Assembly: GCF_009914755.1 (NCBI RefSeq)
Contig: NC_060937.1
DNA length: 64,000 nt
From: the human T2T-CHM13v2.0 reference genome, Homo sapiens
Direction: 5' to 3' (one strand)
The notes under the pieces are model-generated. The model did not search any database, was not told the DNA's origin, and saw only the letters and a list, made by a program, of their open reading frames with translations. Positions 32,598 through 50,773 of this stretch are shown here, piece after piece. Within the stretch, counting starts at the first letter, position 1. The number at the start of each line of letters is the position of its first letter. Position numbers and translations under genes: made by a program.

Positions 32598-33614
32598 TTA
32601 CATTTTGGCATGATTTTGCAGCGGCTGGTACCGGTTGTTCCTTTCCATGTTTAGCGCTTCCTTCAGGAGCTGTTTTAGGGCAGGCTTGGTGGTGACAAAA
32701 TCTCTCAGCATTTGCTTGTCTGTAAAGTATTTTATTTCTCCTTCACTTATGAAGCTTAGTTTGGCTGGATATGAAATTCTGGGTTGAAAATTCTTTTCTT
32801 TAAGAATGTTGAATATTGGCCCCCACTCTCTTCTGGCTTGTAGGGTTTCTGCCGAGAGATCCGCTGTTAGTCTGATGGGCTTCCCTTTGAGGGTAACCCG
32901 ACCTTTCTTTCTGGCTGCCCTTAACATTTTTTCCTTCATTTCAACTTTGGTGAATCTGACAATTATGTGTCTTGGAGTTGCTCTTCTCGAGGAGTATCTT
33001 TGTGGCGTTCTCTGTATTTCCTGAATCTGAACGTTGGCCTGCCTTGCTAGATTGGGGAAGTTCTCCTGGATAATATCCTGCAGAGTGTTTTCCAACTTGG
33101 TTCCATTCTCCGCATCACTTTCAGGTACACCAATCAGACGTAGATTTGGTCTTTTCACATAGTCCCATATTTCTTGGAGGCTTTGCTCATTTCTTTTTAT
33201 TCTTTTTTCTCTAAACTTCCCTTCTCGCTTCATTTCATTCATTTCATCTTCCATTGCTGATACCCTTTCTTCCAGTTGATCGCATCGGCTCCTGAGGCTT
33301 CTGCATTCTTCACGTAGTTCTCGAGCCTTGGTTTTCAGCTCCATCAGCTCCTTTAAGCACTTCTCTGTATTGGTTATTCTAGTTATACATTCTTCTAAAT
33401 TTTTTTCAAAGTTTTCAACTTCTTTGCCTTTGGTTTGAATGTCCTCCCGTAGCTCAGAGTAATTTGATCGTCTGAAGCCTTCTTCTCTCAGCTCGTCAAA
33501 GTCATTCTCCATCCAGCTTTGTTCCGTTGCTGGTGAGGAACTGCGTTCCTTTGGAGGAGGAGAGGTGCTCTGCGTTTTAGAGTTTCCAGTTTTTCTGTTC
33601 TGTTTTCTCCCCAT
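32598..33614 (-). CDS. L1 ORF1p, intact 338 aa
   Basis: Full-length ORF MGRKQNRK...NHAKM with coiled coil, RRM, CTD; ARR and YPAKLS intact; REKG changed to RKKG. Confidence 0.95.
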   Translation of the reverse strand: MGRKQNRKTGNSKTQSTSPPPKERSSSPATEQSWMENDFDELREEGFRRSNYSELREDIQTKGKEVENFEKNLEECITRITNTEKCLKELMELKTKARELREECRSLRSRCDQLEERVSAMEDEMNEMKREGKFREKRIKRNEQSLQEIWDYVKRPNLRLIGVPESDAENGTKLENTLQDIIQENFPNLARQANVQIQEIQRTPQRYSSRRATPRHIIVRFTKVEMKEKMLRAARKKGRVTLKGKPIRLTADLSAETLQARREWGPIFNILKEKNFQPRISYPAKLSFISEGEIKYFTDKQMLRDFVTTKPALKQLLKEALNMERNNRYQPLQNHAKM

Positions 33615-34069
33615 CTTTGTGGTTTTATCTACTTTTGGTCTTTGATGATGGTGATGTACAGATGGGTTTTCGGTGTGGATGTCCGTTCTGTTTGTTAGTT
33701 TTCCTTCTAACAGACAGGACCCTCAGCTGCAGGTCTGTTGGAATACCCTGCCGTGTGAGGTGTCAGTGTGCCCCTGCTGGGGGGTGCCTCCGATTTAGGC
33801 TGCTCGGGGGTCAGGGGTCAGGGACCCACTTGAGGAGGCAGTCTGCCCGTTCTCAGATCTCCAGCTGCGTGCTGGGAGAACCACTGCTCTCTTCAAAGCT
33901 GTCAGACAGGGACATTTAAGTCTGCAGAGGTTACTGCTGTCTTTTTGTTTGTCTGTGCCCTGCCCCCAGAGGTGGAGCCTACAGAGGCAGGCAGGCCTCC
34001 TTGAGCTGTGGTGGGCTCCACCCAGTTCGAGCTTCCTGGCTGCTTTGTTTACCTAAGCAAGCCTGGGCA

Positions 34070-34285
34070 ATGGCGGGCGCCCCTCCCCCAGGCTCGCTGC
34101 CGCCTTGCAGTTTGATCTCAGACTGCTGTGCTAGCAATCAGCGAGACTCCGTGGGCGTAGGACCCTCCGAGCCAGGTGTAGGATATAGTCCCATGGTGCG
34201 CCGTTTTTTAAGCCGGTCTGAAAAGCGCAATATTCAGGTGGGAGTGACCCGATTTTCCAGGTGCGTCCGTCACCCCTTTCTTTGA
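34070..34285 (+). CDS. L1 ORF0 (antisense, 71 aa)
   Basis: MAGAPPPGSLPPCSLISDCCASNQRDSVGVGPSEPG...RCVRHPFL, open with GCAATGG context. Confidence 0.85.
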   Translation: MAGAPPPGSLPPCSLISDCCASNQRDSVGVGPSEPGVGYSPMVRRFLSRSEKRNIQVGVTRFSRCVRHPFL

Positions 34286-35068
34286 CTCTGAAAGGGAACT
34301 CCCTGACCCCTTGCGCTTCCCAGGTGAGGCAATGCCTCGCCCTGCTTCAGCTCGTGCACGGTGCGTGCACCCACTGGCCTGCGCCCACTGCCTGGCACTC
34401 CCTAGTGAGATGAACCCGGTACCTCAGATGGAAATGCAGAAATCACCCGTCTTCTGCGTTGCTCATGCTGGGAGCTGTAGACCGGAGCTATTCCTATTCG
34501 GCCATCTTGGCTCCTCCCGGAAGTTTTTTTTAACCTAGTTTGCAAAGAGTTTTTTTTTTTTATTTTTTAGCCATTATGGTGGTTGAATTTTATCAAATGT
34601 TTAATGTTTTTGATGCATAGACCAAGAATGTTTTTTCTCTACGTGGCAAATTGCACTCTTAGATTTCCTAATGTTATTTTACCCTTGCACTCCTGAAACA
34701 AACACAACTTGATCATGGTCTGTCATCTTTTTTTAAAAAAAAAAATGCTCTACTTGTATTGCTAATACTTTATGGTTTTGTACTATTCCCTTGAGTAAGC
34801 TTGACATGTATTTTTTATTTTTCATACTATTCTTGTCTGAGTTTTGGTATCATGGTTAAGCTGGTCTTTAAGAATGACTTGAGGGGTCATATAGTCATAT
34901 ATAGTCAATAGAAAGAGTCAATACTCATACATAGTCAATAGAAAGAGGAGTGTCTTTCTACTGGAAGAGTTTGTATGTCCTTAAAATGGCCCATCCCTGA
35001 AAGTTCAGGACTCAGAAAAGCCTTCCAACACTGCTTCCTTTCCATTTACAAGTGTTGAGATTCTAATA

Positions 35069-35852
35069 TAGGAGGTCCTCAAATAACATCCTTTTGTTCC
35101 ACATTGTTTTATTGTAAGATGAGTGGCTGGGGCCTCTGTCTGCATGGTTTGCATTCTCCCCACATCTGTCTCCACATATTCTGGTTTCTTCCACATCCTA
35201 AGGTGCCTGTTAGGTTTTCTCGTGTGTCTAGGTTGTCCCAGTCTGAGTGAGCATTGGTGTGTGAGTGTGCCCTGGGATGGGATGGTGTCCTGTCCAGGAT
35301 GGGTCCCTGCCTTGCATCCTGAGCTGCAGGGATCAGCTCCAGCCACCAGTGACCCTGAACTGGAATAAGTGCGTTGGAAAATCAATGAATACAAATTGTA
35401 AAATAAAGGTTTGTAAAGTCCACGATAATCATACAAATGCATGACAATAAATGATGTGGTGCCTAAGCGCTCAGCGAGCCTGCCATGTTTCTGATTGTTT
35501 TTGAACTCCGCGGTGGTAGGAGGTGTTCCTGACAATTTTCTTTGTAAAGGATATGTACGCACATTCCATGACTTAGCCCACCACCATGACCACCACTAGT
35601 CACTGACGAAAAATTGGGTAATTATCTAGTTTTTATTACTTTCTTAAATGTATGTTTAGGTCACATTTATTTCAATGTTTAATTAGAAGTGTTCTGGGTC
35701 TTTATTTAGTGTAGTTTTTGTGGCCAGAAACATTCCACAGGAACTTAATTTTGCTTACGTCAATTAGCCTATGGTAAAATTGGTTTGATTATTCTGTTTC
35801 TCTTAGTCGCAGTTTCCAAAAACCTACTGATGATCCAAATGAAGACTTACCG
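35069..35852 (+). mobile_element. MER6 (TcMar-Tigger non-autonomous element)
   Basis: AGGTCCTCAAATAACATC start, GTCGCAGTTTCCAA...GACTTAC end, TA flanks; internal GGTTTCTTCCACATCC...GACCCTGAACTGGAATAAG segment. Confidence 0.8.
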
Positions 35853-36072
35853 TACAGGAAAGCCTAATTAACGTCTCACCGTGTGCTTATTTCTTACACG
35901 TGTCTGTGCCTTTCTTCTTGTCTTTTGGATATTTTTGTTTATTCCGATTACCCTTTCTACAAATTAGGAGTGATAAACACCATTGACTTTTAGCTCTTAC
36001 CATAAAATTTTGTCAGAGATACTTAAAAACTTACTATCCTAATGCCTCATCTGAATAAAAGGATCTTGGGGA

Positions 36073-36477
36073 TGTTAAAACTAAATATGGCCTGAGAAGG
36101 ACTCCGTACTTCTGTATTTGAGTCCTTCTGAATGAACTGTAATCTAGCTTGTCAGACAAAATTGAAAACCTAGTTTAGGAGTATGTGCCTGTAACAGGAA
36201 CTGAATCTTGGCCAATCTCAGCGGCCATACTTCAACCACTGCTAAGTGTTCGAATTGTGTTCAAATAAGGCACCAACCTGCAAGCAATCCAGCTGTTTAT
36301 CTCACTGCCGATTTCTGTACATCGTTTCCTTTTTTTTTGGTCTATAAATCTTCTTCCACCACGTGGCTGCACTTGAGTCTCTGTGAATCTGCTGTGATTC
36401 TGGGGGCTGCCCAATTTGCGAATCATTCATTGCTCACTTAAACTCCTTTAAATTTAATTTGGCTGGAGTTTTTATCA
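36073..36477 (+). mobile_element. MER57A-like ERV1 solo LTR
   Basis: TGTTAAAACTAAATATGGCCTGAGAAGGACTCC...ATCA; 4-bp TSD ggga. Confidence 0.85.
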
Positions 36478-37499
36478 GGGACAATTTGGATTACCCTTCC
36501 CAACTTACTTGCTAATGTTCAATATTTAGCCTTGTAACTGACCAAATTAGATACTGTTTGCCAATATGTTGTGTCACCTCTAAAAACAACAAAAATTTGA
36601 AGTCCTCATTAAATTTGGAGTTCTTTTCTACAATTCTGACACCAACTATATTTTATAAATATAGAAACTAATCTGGCAAATCAAATGGTGAGGCTTAAAG
36701 TTCATCAATTATATGAATTAACTAACAGCTTTTGCAAACCTTAAACACACTACTGGCCTTCACATAAAGGGGACAGAGAGGAACACAATCTTCATAATCT
36801 TCATTTTTGGGTTTCTCCAGTAACCTCTAATCCAACCTCCATGCTGCCACCTAAGTGATTTTTCTAAAGCACTCCAATACGTTTCCAAACTAACCACAGA
36901 ACAAATCCCCAGGTCTTTGGCATGTTTTAAAGGTCTTTCATGATCAGGTACCTCTCTTGCTTTTCATCCTCAAACTACCATGCTCCATCCACATATATTA
37001 TATTGCTATGCTATTGTCATACTTTGTGCCTTTATAAATCATGTAATTCTTACTCATTCTTTAAGACTTTAATGTCACTGATAAATCTTTCTAGACTCTC
37101 TCAGGTAGTAAGATACTCCCCTCACTTCTCGTGTTTTCTTAGCACTTGGTAGTAGAAGTATTCATAGTAGATGCTTGATTCAGATTTACCACTTTTTATG
37201 TGACTTACATCTTGGATTCTTTAGTGAATTAGGTTACTTATCCCATATAGTTGGGAAACATATACATAAAACTAGCCTCTACGAATTAGTGCAAGGATTC
37301 TAAAAACATTCACTTTTATATATACCTTTGAATGGCCAATTATGTGTGAGGCCAGGGATCTATAAGATGAATAGGATATAGCTCCTCTTTTCAAGGGGCT
37401 CATAGGATAGCAGAAATACACCTTGTTGTGGCATCACATTGTATCAAGACTACTCATTCAATAATTATTTTCTGAATGAATGGTCAACATATATAAAAA

Positions 37500-39007
37500 A
37501 CACAATATAATCTTAAAAGAAGTTTTATGGGTATAGATTTAAGAAAAACAAATGGCAACTTCCAGCAACTGGTATCAGATTAAACTATAGCTTACATTCT
37601 GTGTTTAAAGACATAAATCTGTCTGTTCATATGTTGGTTATGACTTTTACATTAAAATATCATTTAAACGAATGAGCAATCAGTAGTATAAACAGAGTTA
37701 CAACTAAATTTGGATAAAAATGTTCAATAATTAACTCTAGCACGTATACAAAATTAGAAAGCCTATCCAAGCACTTAGTAAAACACAGAATATTTGTCAT
37801 ATCCATAGTTTATTTTAAAAAACTGTTAAAAACTAACCATACAGGTTTATTAATATACTTAAAAAGTTTGTTCCCTATGTTGAAGTAAAATACATTAGCA
37901 ACATCTTCCGGACACCATCTTTATAAAAGTAAAACTTCTAGATCCTGAAATGTACTACAGTAGAGTCTATAGTTTACACTTTTAATCACAGATTGGAATT
38001 CATTCTCCTTACTCCCCTACTTCCCACATGTGGCAGTTATTACTTCAAAATTAATGACATTCACTCATGTTATACTACCACAGATCCTTAAATAGAGTAC
38101 ATACTGCATAATTACTAACAGAGCCAGTCTTCTCTATTTGTTGTCACATATTTCATATAAGCATTTGACTTAAAGTACAAATAGAAATACTACATCCCAT
38201 AATTGTAAACATTCACCAGGAGCTTCCATAGTACAGTAAGTAACAGAGGTGGCCCAAGAGTCAGTCAAGTGTTCTTCACTCACTGGATACTGCTGAGATT
38301 AGGAAAACTGTTTTGAAGGCAAATTATCCTAAGTCTTACTTGTATTTCTATAAGGATGCAGTTCTGGATATATACTTTCAGTTGAAAACACCTGAAAGTC
38401 ATTCTATAGTCTACATTAAGCACCACTTTCACTTACCTGAAATATTTTGAGTTAAATTCAGCAGTATGTACGGTTGTTAATATCAGAAATTAAGAATAAC
38501 TGTGGGTCTCAAGTTCCCTTTTGTGGATACATACAGAGTACTGAGTTCCCACTGATGCTAATAGGAACCGCTCATGCATACCAAGGGTAGTAACTCCCCC
38601 AGGGCCACATGCAACCCCCAAGTCTGAGGCACAACTATTACTTCTGCCAGTGGATGCTATACAAGCATATTTAAGGCTGTATTCGGCTATAAAGAGTTCA
38701 ACCTACTCTTTAATATTCTTTCTATGTAGATCACATACACAATTCAAAATTTTATAGGACAGGTGAAAAGTCTCCAAACACTTTTTAAATACCATTCTCC
38801 ATACAATTTATTGTCAGCATATTTACATAGGGGAGTGTTCACACTTTAAAATGCAACCACAATTTTCAAATTGTTGTCACAATTTCTCCAGGATTACCCT
38901 CATTCTCATTTTCCGACTTTTGGCCAGCTTCACATTTGTCAGATTGTTCATTGCAGTTCTCAGGCAATTCTGATGTTGCTCTGAAGGAGAATAAAAGTTA
39001 AAAGTAT
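37500..39007 (-). other. PROSER1: PROSER1 3' UTR with several polyA signals
   Basis: AATAAA (minus strand) at 38807-38812, 37846-37851, 37809-37814; CATAAA at 37524-37529 followed by a GU/U-rich tract; exact end uncertain. Confidence 0.7.
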
Positions 39008-39154
<147 letters not shown>

Positions 39155-39680
39155 TTAGCAGAGTGCCAAGTTCATTCAAGCCTGCGCTTGCTTCTACCCA
39201 TGCCACACAGAGATATTCAGAATAGGAAAGAAAGACAAGACAAAACTCTGAGGCACAATAAAGTCTGCTCAGTCACTTAAAATTTTTAAGAAAATGTTCA
39301 AATTTCTTCAGGTGAAGGAGATGCATAGAACTGTCATTAAAATATTTAATATTCTCTCAAAAGTCAATAGGTTTTCTACAGATAATGTGCTTTAACGGTC
39401 AATCATTAAGCTTGAATTACAGAAGACAAGTTAACATTTAACTGTCATGAATAGATTCTTAAATTTTATCAAGTGAAATCTATAAGCAGGAAGGAAAAAC
39501 AATTCATACAGATAACTATATCCTACCACCTCTGTTACTCTCCTGAAAGAAGACAAGCAAAATTTGCAAATTTGGAGAGAAGTAATCATCATCAAATCTC
39601 TATGCATTCTGCTAAGAGCCATTTTTTGCCAATGTTGGGATATCGCAAATGATACTGCAATGTTATCACTACAGAAGTTA

Positions 39681-39983
<303 letters not shown>

Positions 39984-40308
39984 TTAGAATTTATTCCTCT
40001 GTTGGAAGGACCATAAAAATCAGCCATTCCCTGATATGAATCTTTCTACTGTGAAGTATATTATTCGAAATTCAGTAAGTCTGTTTTGCATATAATCCTT
40101 TCTGCTGTCTTATAAATAAAACTATCAAATACAAATCCAAACATTGTATCAACAGGCATTAATATTTTATACATTTATCTTAACATGGTTCATAAAACAT
40201 TTCAGAGTGCTAAAGTTTTCACCCAGAAAAACATCATTTAGATTTTGACATTCATTTTGATGACTTGAAATGAAATGTGAACTACAAGTTAGGTGAAGAA
40301 TAATTTTA

Positions 40309-42168
<1,860 letters not shown>

Positions 42169-43869
42169 TCAAATTTTGAATTAAAAAGCATAACCATTTT
42201 TGTAATATTTAACAAATACCAAATAAAAAATGACAAGTATAACAGGCTCTTGTAATATCTAAATTGCTGGGTTCCATTTCTCAGATCTTTACTCTGGAGC
42301 CAGTCAGATCCAGTTTTCGTCTAGACTCTGCTCAAAATAGCCCTCCAAATCACAGGAAGTTTTGAGAAGCTTGCGAAGTGTCCTTTCATGTTTTTCCGCT
42401 TTTTAAAAATTAAAGCATTTATTTTAATTGTGATTAGTGCTGCTGCACTGACTTTACCTCTAATTCTTTCAATCTACTTATCTAGAGTCAGTCAGTCCCC
42501 CTCATAGGAGCTTTCAGAACATGGCTTCCCTTGCAGGGCCATACAAGGCTTTCCAGGATTCATGCCCAGCTCTCCAGTATTGTTTGTTGCCACTCTGTGA
42601 GTTGAATTTAATATTCCAGATTGTTCATCTGTACAGTTGCCCCGCCCCACCCCCATACATTTGCTCATACTGACCGCTCTACACTACATTAACCCCTAAC
42701 CCTTACCTGGCAACTCCTTTAGGGGCAAAAGCTGTGTCTAATTCATCTTTATAGTCTTAGTACCTAGCACAGAACACAGCACCTGCATAGTTAATGAGCG
42801 TCTGCTGGGCTGGATATATCATAATTACCTCAAACTACAGTTCCCAAACCCACTCAAGGACTATTCCCAACACTATTTCTAGAGTTTGCTATTTTTATTC
42901 TGATAAACTCTACAAATAATAAGCATTTTGGGGGATGATGTGGGCTCCCCTCTGAATGTATTCAATGGCTATCCCCACCTGTGATAATCTTGGTGTCAAG
43001 GGATATCATGACTTAGGTAGCTAATGTCATAAACACAACTATCATCTGATACTGTACTCACATCAAATTCTGTTTCAGTTGTAGAGAATGTTCCTGTTGC
43101 AGTGATAACCAACTGAGAAATATTTTCATGGACTAACACATTTTACAATTTATGTATAATTAAGATTCTTTTGACATAAGCAAGCTGACACGGTCAACGA
43201 ATACACTATGCTACTCATAGATGGGAAGGGACAATAGGAAGAAAATGGAGGTAAACAACACATACATAATTCATTTGCACTATGTGAAGGCCAAGGGGTG
43301 TCACATTGGGCTGAACAAATTTTGTAGTTGTTTTAGAAAAAAAAAATGATTGGAAAATTGACAGTCATATTTAAGTACATAAACTGAAACTCAAAAGTCC
43401 TTAAGTCTTGACCGTATTAATGTTGTAAGCAGTGATTTGGTTTCAATAAGACTAGCTATCATTTTAAACTTACAGTACCTATAAAAATGGATTTGTACGT
43501 TTTTTGTACTTAATTTCTTTTATAAGAACTAAAAGGATAAGGAATATATACCTAATCTTATGTTTGTAAATAATGTACCAAAAAGGTATTTAAGTCCATA
43601 GGTGTTGGGTATCATTTGAGAAATCACTATCTTATTTATTAAACTATATGCTGAAGACCATGTAGCTAATGACAAATCTGAAGGTAAAACCAAGCTATCC
43701 TAGAGTATTATTTATAGCAGCCTCTGTTGGATCTTTTTATTTAATAAAGCAAAAGCTATGCATTATTAATCATAGCACTTGCAGGTAAAAATGAAACGAA
43801 CAAAAATAAAAAAAATCCCAACCACATACCATAATAAACAGCACTTTCCAGTCATCTAATTTGGTTATT

Positions 43870-44095
43870 AACCATAAAACATGATCTGTCAAGCCCTGTG
43901 CTAAGTTAGGCCCATCATTTCACTTGTCCTCACAATAACTCTCTGAGATAGAAACTAACACCCTCATTTGACAGATGGGCAATCTGAGGCTTGCTATGAC
44001 TAAGCAACTGGATAAAAGATCATGCAGCTACTACATGGTGGAGCCAAGACTTGAGCCTGGGTCTTTCAGACTCATGTCTTTAACTGCTATACTAG
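43870..44095. mobile_element. MIR SINE
   Basis: CATTTGACAGATGGGCAATCTGAGGCT core. Confidence 0.7.
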
Positions 44096-45142
44096 TTTGT
44101 CTTAATTTGTTTCTTAATACAGTTCCAAAAGGAAAAAATAAAATCTTAATCATGCTAACATCGTACAACATAGGAAAACAATATGCTATTCCTGCCAATG
44201 GTACTTACAACAACTAACCTGATTACTCCCTTCAAAAACATTTGAACATAAAATAATAAAGATGAACATAAAAGCTGAAATTTCCTCAATCTCCTTTTCA
44301 CTGGAGTTAAATTACCTGTTCAAGGTCACAAAACTAGGTGATGCCAGAGGCAGGATAAGAAACTGGATGTCCTGACATTTCACTTAGTGTTCTTTACACC
44401 CCACTATGCTACCTCCTTTAGAAACTACCAGCTGAGAAGCACCTGCTAGGCACTGTTCTCAGGGAATGGAATTCTCCCACTGAGACTCCTAACTATGTAC
44501 TACAATGGTCAGGCTATTGTGCTACTTTGCTAAACAAGAACTGATGTAGTTTTGTCTCATACAAGAAAGCCTCTCCTTCCTGACCACACAGATCATCACC
44601 TAGGGGAAAAATACAACGTCGCAGCACTGCTGCCATCTGGAGGCACTATGTAGGACACACTTCATTTTCATTTTTCAATTCCATTTTCTGCTTTGGTGCC
44701 CCTTGTTCTTTCCTACATTAAGATATGCTTAATAATACTTATTGAAATAATGAACTCTAAAAATAGAATCTGACTAGCATTTGTCAAAAAGGATTTTTAT
44801 CATCCCATGTGTTTATATCAAAAAACAAATGAGGTTTCCAGTATCACAGAATGTAAAGTGAATGTGAATGCAAAGCTACGCAGTACTTACATTACACTGC
44901 AAGTTTTGCAAATTGTATAAAAGTCCTAAGATTAATTTTAAATTCAGTTAACACGTGCATTTCATGTTATGTATATAATATGTAACACTAGTAAACCACT
45001 TTTAACAAGTATGAATTATATTCTTTAACCAGAAACTTTTCCTAAAACATAACCATTCCAAATATACTCAAATTATTCTCAGTGAATAACAGAGCAAACC
45101 ATGACAGATATCCGTTATCTCTGGATCAAATTTGCTACTTAC

Positions 45143-45187
45143 TTTGATTCTGTATAGGTTTTGACGGATTCGAAAGGTCTTCATTCT
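45143..45187 (-). CDS. PROSER1: PROSER1 exon 10 (ENEDLSNPSKPIQNQ)
   Basis: 45 nt, phase 1 to 1; donor A|gtaagt. Confidence 0.92.
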
Positions 45188-46115
45188 CTATATAAAAATA
45201 AATAAAAGTTCATTTTAAACTTTAATCAAATATTTGCCACCATAATAAACAGATATTTGGATAAAAAGAAAAACACAGGATATAAATATTTATGGACTAT
45301 GTTAGGAAAAAAATGTACACATATGGGAAAATAAATAAAAATAGTAGTAACTCTACTATTATTACTACTAATACTTTACTACTCTATCTGAAGAGCAAGA
45401 GGATTACCAGAAACTGAGTGAGTGCTCTTTTATCCCCTAGCATCTCTACCTTAGCTTGTCAAGTTTTAAATACACACTGTTAATTTTACATATATACTAT
45501 ATTCAAGAACACTTTCTGGAAAGATGCTGGCCTGAGGGTGCCATCCAGGAGAAAGTGTACCCTGCAGCTGTAGTGCAGAGAGGACCACTATCATTGGCTG
45601 ACCTGACAGACAGCTCCTCTGAGTACCAGTGCCTACAGGAGTGGGAAGACTGAGAAGCGAGGTGGCAGCTGGATGAATAAGTGTAGAATTCGCTGCCATT
45701 CACTGTGGATTGTCCAAGCCAACAGAAAGAAACTGTCCTGCCCATTTGCTGTACTCAGCTTGGGAAAGGCCCTATATTAGGAATTACCATGGAGAACTAG
45801 CCTAGTTGAGGCTAACTTGAAGCCTGTGAGACTGACAACCCAAAGCACACTCCTCAAGGGAAAGGATCTATCCAAACAGCCCATCAGCCAAGGATACAAA
45901 GGGAGAAAAATTTAACCTCTTATGGCTTGACAATAACTGCCCAAGAAACCAATACTGTGACAGGCATACAGTGTAAAGGAAACCTCCACGCCCTGGTATA
46001 GTGAGCAAAGAAAAACCACAGCTTGTTTGAGGAATTCACGAGCTTGACTGAGGTGACAAAAAATAACCACCAGAACAATGGAGATTTAATTAAAGAAAAA
46101 GGACTTTTAAAACCC

Positions 46116-46116
<1 letters not shown>

Positions 46117-46160
<44 letters not shown>
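46117..46160. repeat. (CA)22 microsatellite
   Basis: Perfect dinucleotide run. Confidence 0.98.
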
Positions 46161-46162
<2 letters not shown>

Positions 46163-46199
46163 CTGGGAAATAAGCAGAGAAGACTTTTACATATAAAAA

Positions 46200-48440
<2,241 letters not shown>

Positions 48441-49945
48441 AACCATTCATTGTTCATATCCCATGTTACCAAAAGACCCACTGAAAAAGGTTGGCCTGGC
48501 AAGTGTTGGGGTGTTTTAGTCCTTCTCACTGCTTTTTTATGAGCCCTTCCTCTCCATGGTAGGCATAATTTACTCAAATGGTGGCATTCATTAAGTCAAT
48601 GATACTTCTCCATAGCACGTCAAAGTTTTACCACTCATGAGAAATAGTTCTTTTTCCCATAACTAGCCTGTGTTTACATATGTGACCCAAGGCCACTTGA
48701 ATGGAGTCTTTTATGTCATTAGCAAAGTAAATGGGGAGACAATCATGCCAACTGGCCGTGGAACTTAGGCTACAGTGGGCTGAATTCCAGCTCCTGCCCT
48801 ACCTCTGACAGGCACGGGATACCCAATTCACCCCCTCCCCAAGTAATTACTCTTCTAATCTGCATGTGATAAACTGCCTTTGTGCAGAGTATTCTTTGCT
48901 ATCCCGCTGTCAACTCCATACACAGTCATCCATCAATTTCAGTTTCTGACAGTTCCTTTGCTGAGTCAGAAAGGTGCCTACCCTAGTGTCCAAAGATTCT
49001 TAATAAAAGTTTAGAGGCAGAAAGTCCCCCAGCTCTCTTCAATCTGGCACTTAATAAAGATCCTTGAAAAAAAAGTTGATACTTTGATCTCTCTTGGGTT
49101 CTCTGTGCACAAATTCTAGCATTTCCCAAAGTTGCTTAAAGAACCACCAGTAGGTCATTAAAAAAAATAAAAATACCAGGCACCCCCTATCACAATACAC
49201 TGAATAGAATCTCTACAAGTGGGGAACTAAAGGTATTTTTTTAAAAGTGCTCCAGGTAGTTTCAGGCTACAGAGAAACCACCTCACTGTTGCTTTGTCAT
49301 TCCTCATATTTGATTATCAGTCTGTTTTCACCTGTTTCTTCCTTAACTTAATTCAATTAAATGGCAGCTTCATTATTGGGTCAACAACCTTTAACAGTAT
49401 ATTATGCAAGCAGCTCACGTTTAATTTAGTGGGGCTGATTTGGATGCCTCTCCTATGAGTTTCCATAGCACCCTAACCCTATCACAGCACTGATCATTCC
49501 AACGCATCTCTTTGAATCTAAGATGCCACTTGCTATAAATCACATTCTAATTTCAGAGAAATTAAACTATAAAAAATGTGCAATTGAGAACCAATAATGT
49601 AGAATATATTGAAATGGCCTTCTCTTTCCTCATCTGTATTTTTTCACTAGACTAAACTCTTTGCAAACATGACTCTTTGTGCACCTCTGTATCCACAGCA
49701 CACAACACATGATAGGGTCACCTAATATTCATTAAACATGTTACTGAACAGATGCTATTAAAATGTTAGCCTATATTACAAATAGAGAAAGTGAAGTCCA
49801 TCAAGACTATGAAAACTGTCCCACATTACCAAGGATTCACTTCCAGATCCTTCAGACTCTTGAGCTTGTGTTCCCTCTGTTAGAATACGTCATGCCAAAC
49901 AACTGTCCGTTCCAAGTGTACATTTGTATATGAATAAGTTACTTA

Positions 49946-50122
<177 letters not shown>

Positions 50123-50578
50123 CTAGGAGTTCAAACTATATTAATGCAGCTATTCAATTTATTATAAAAACTCCTATTTAATACAGTTGATTTTATATGG
50201 AGGTTTATGTCTAGAGTTAAGTGAAAACTGACACCAAATGAAACAACCAGAGATTCCTATTTCCCACTGCATGCTCATTGCAGGGATAAGTTCAGTGAAT
50301 GGCATGGCAGGCAGAACCTGCTATACTTACATTATTTGTCTTTTCTGCCAAACGCATATACTTGACTTTTTGAAGTTAAATGCATGAATGATGCCTCTGA
50401 ACTACCAACTACCAAAAAAAGGAATTCAAGATGATTTACCAAAGTGAAAACCCATAAATAATGAATGACTAAAAATAATCTAATTAATTTATCATAAAGA
50501 AAATATCCTAAATAAACTATCTGCTGCAGTGTTGTAGGCCAGGACACTACTAGCTAACTATGGGCATAATTAAGCTCA

Positions 50579-50773
<195 letters not shown>

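Noticed and set aside
45456-45900. GC-richer patch with overlapping short ORFs in PROSER1 intron 9
   Set aside because: No convincing splice pair or homology; lies just upstream of an old L1 ORF1 remnant and may be its 5' UTR
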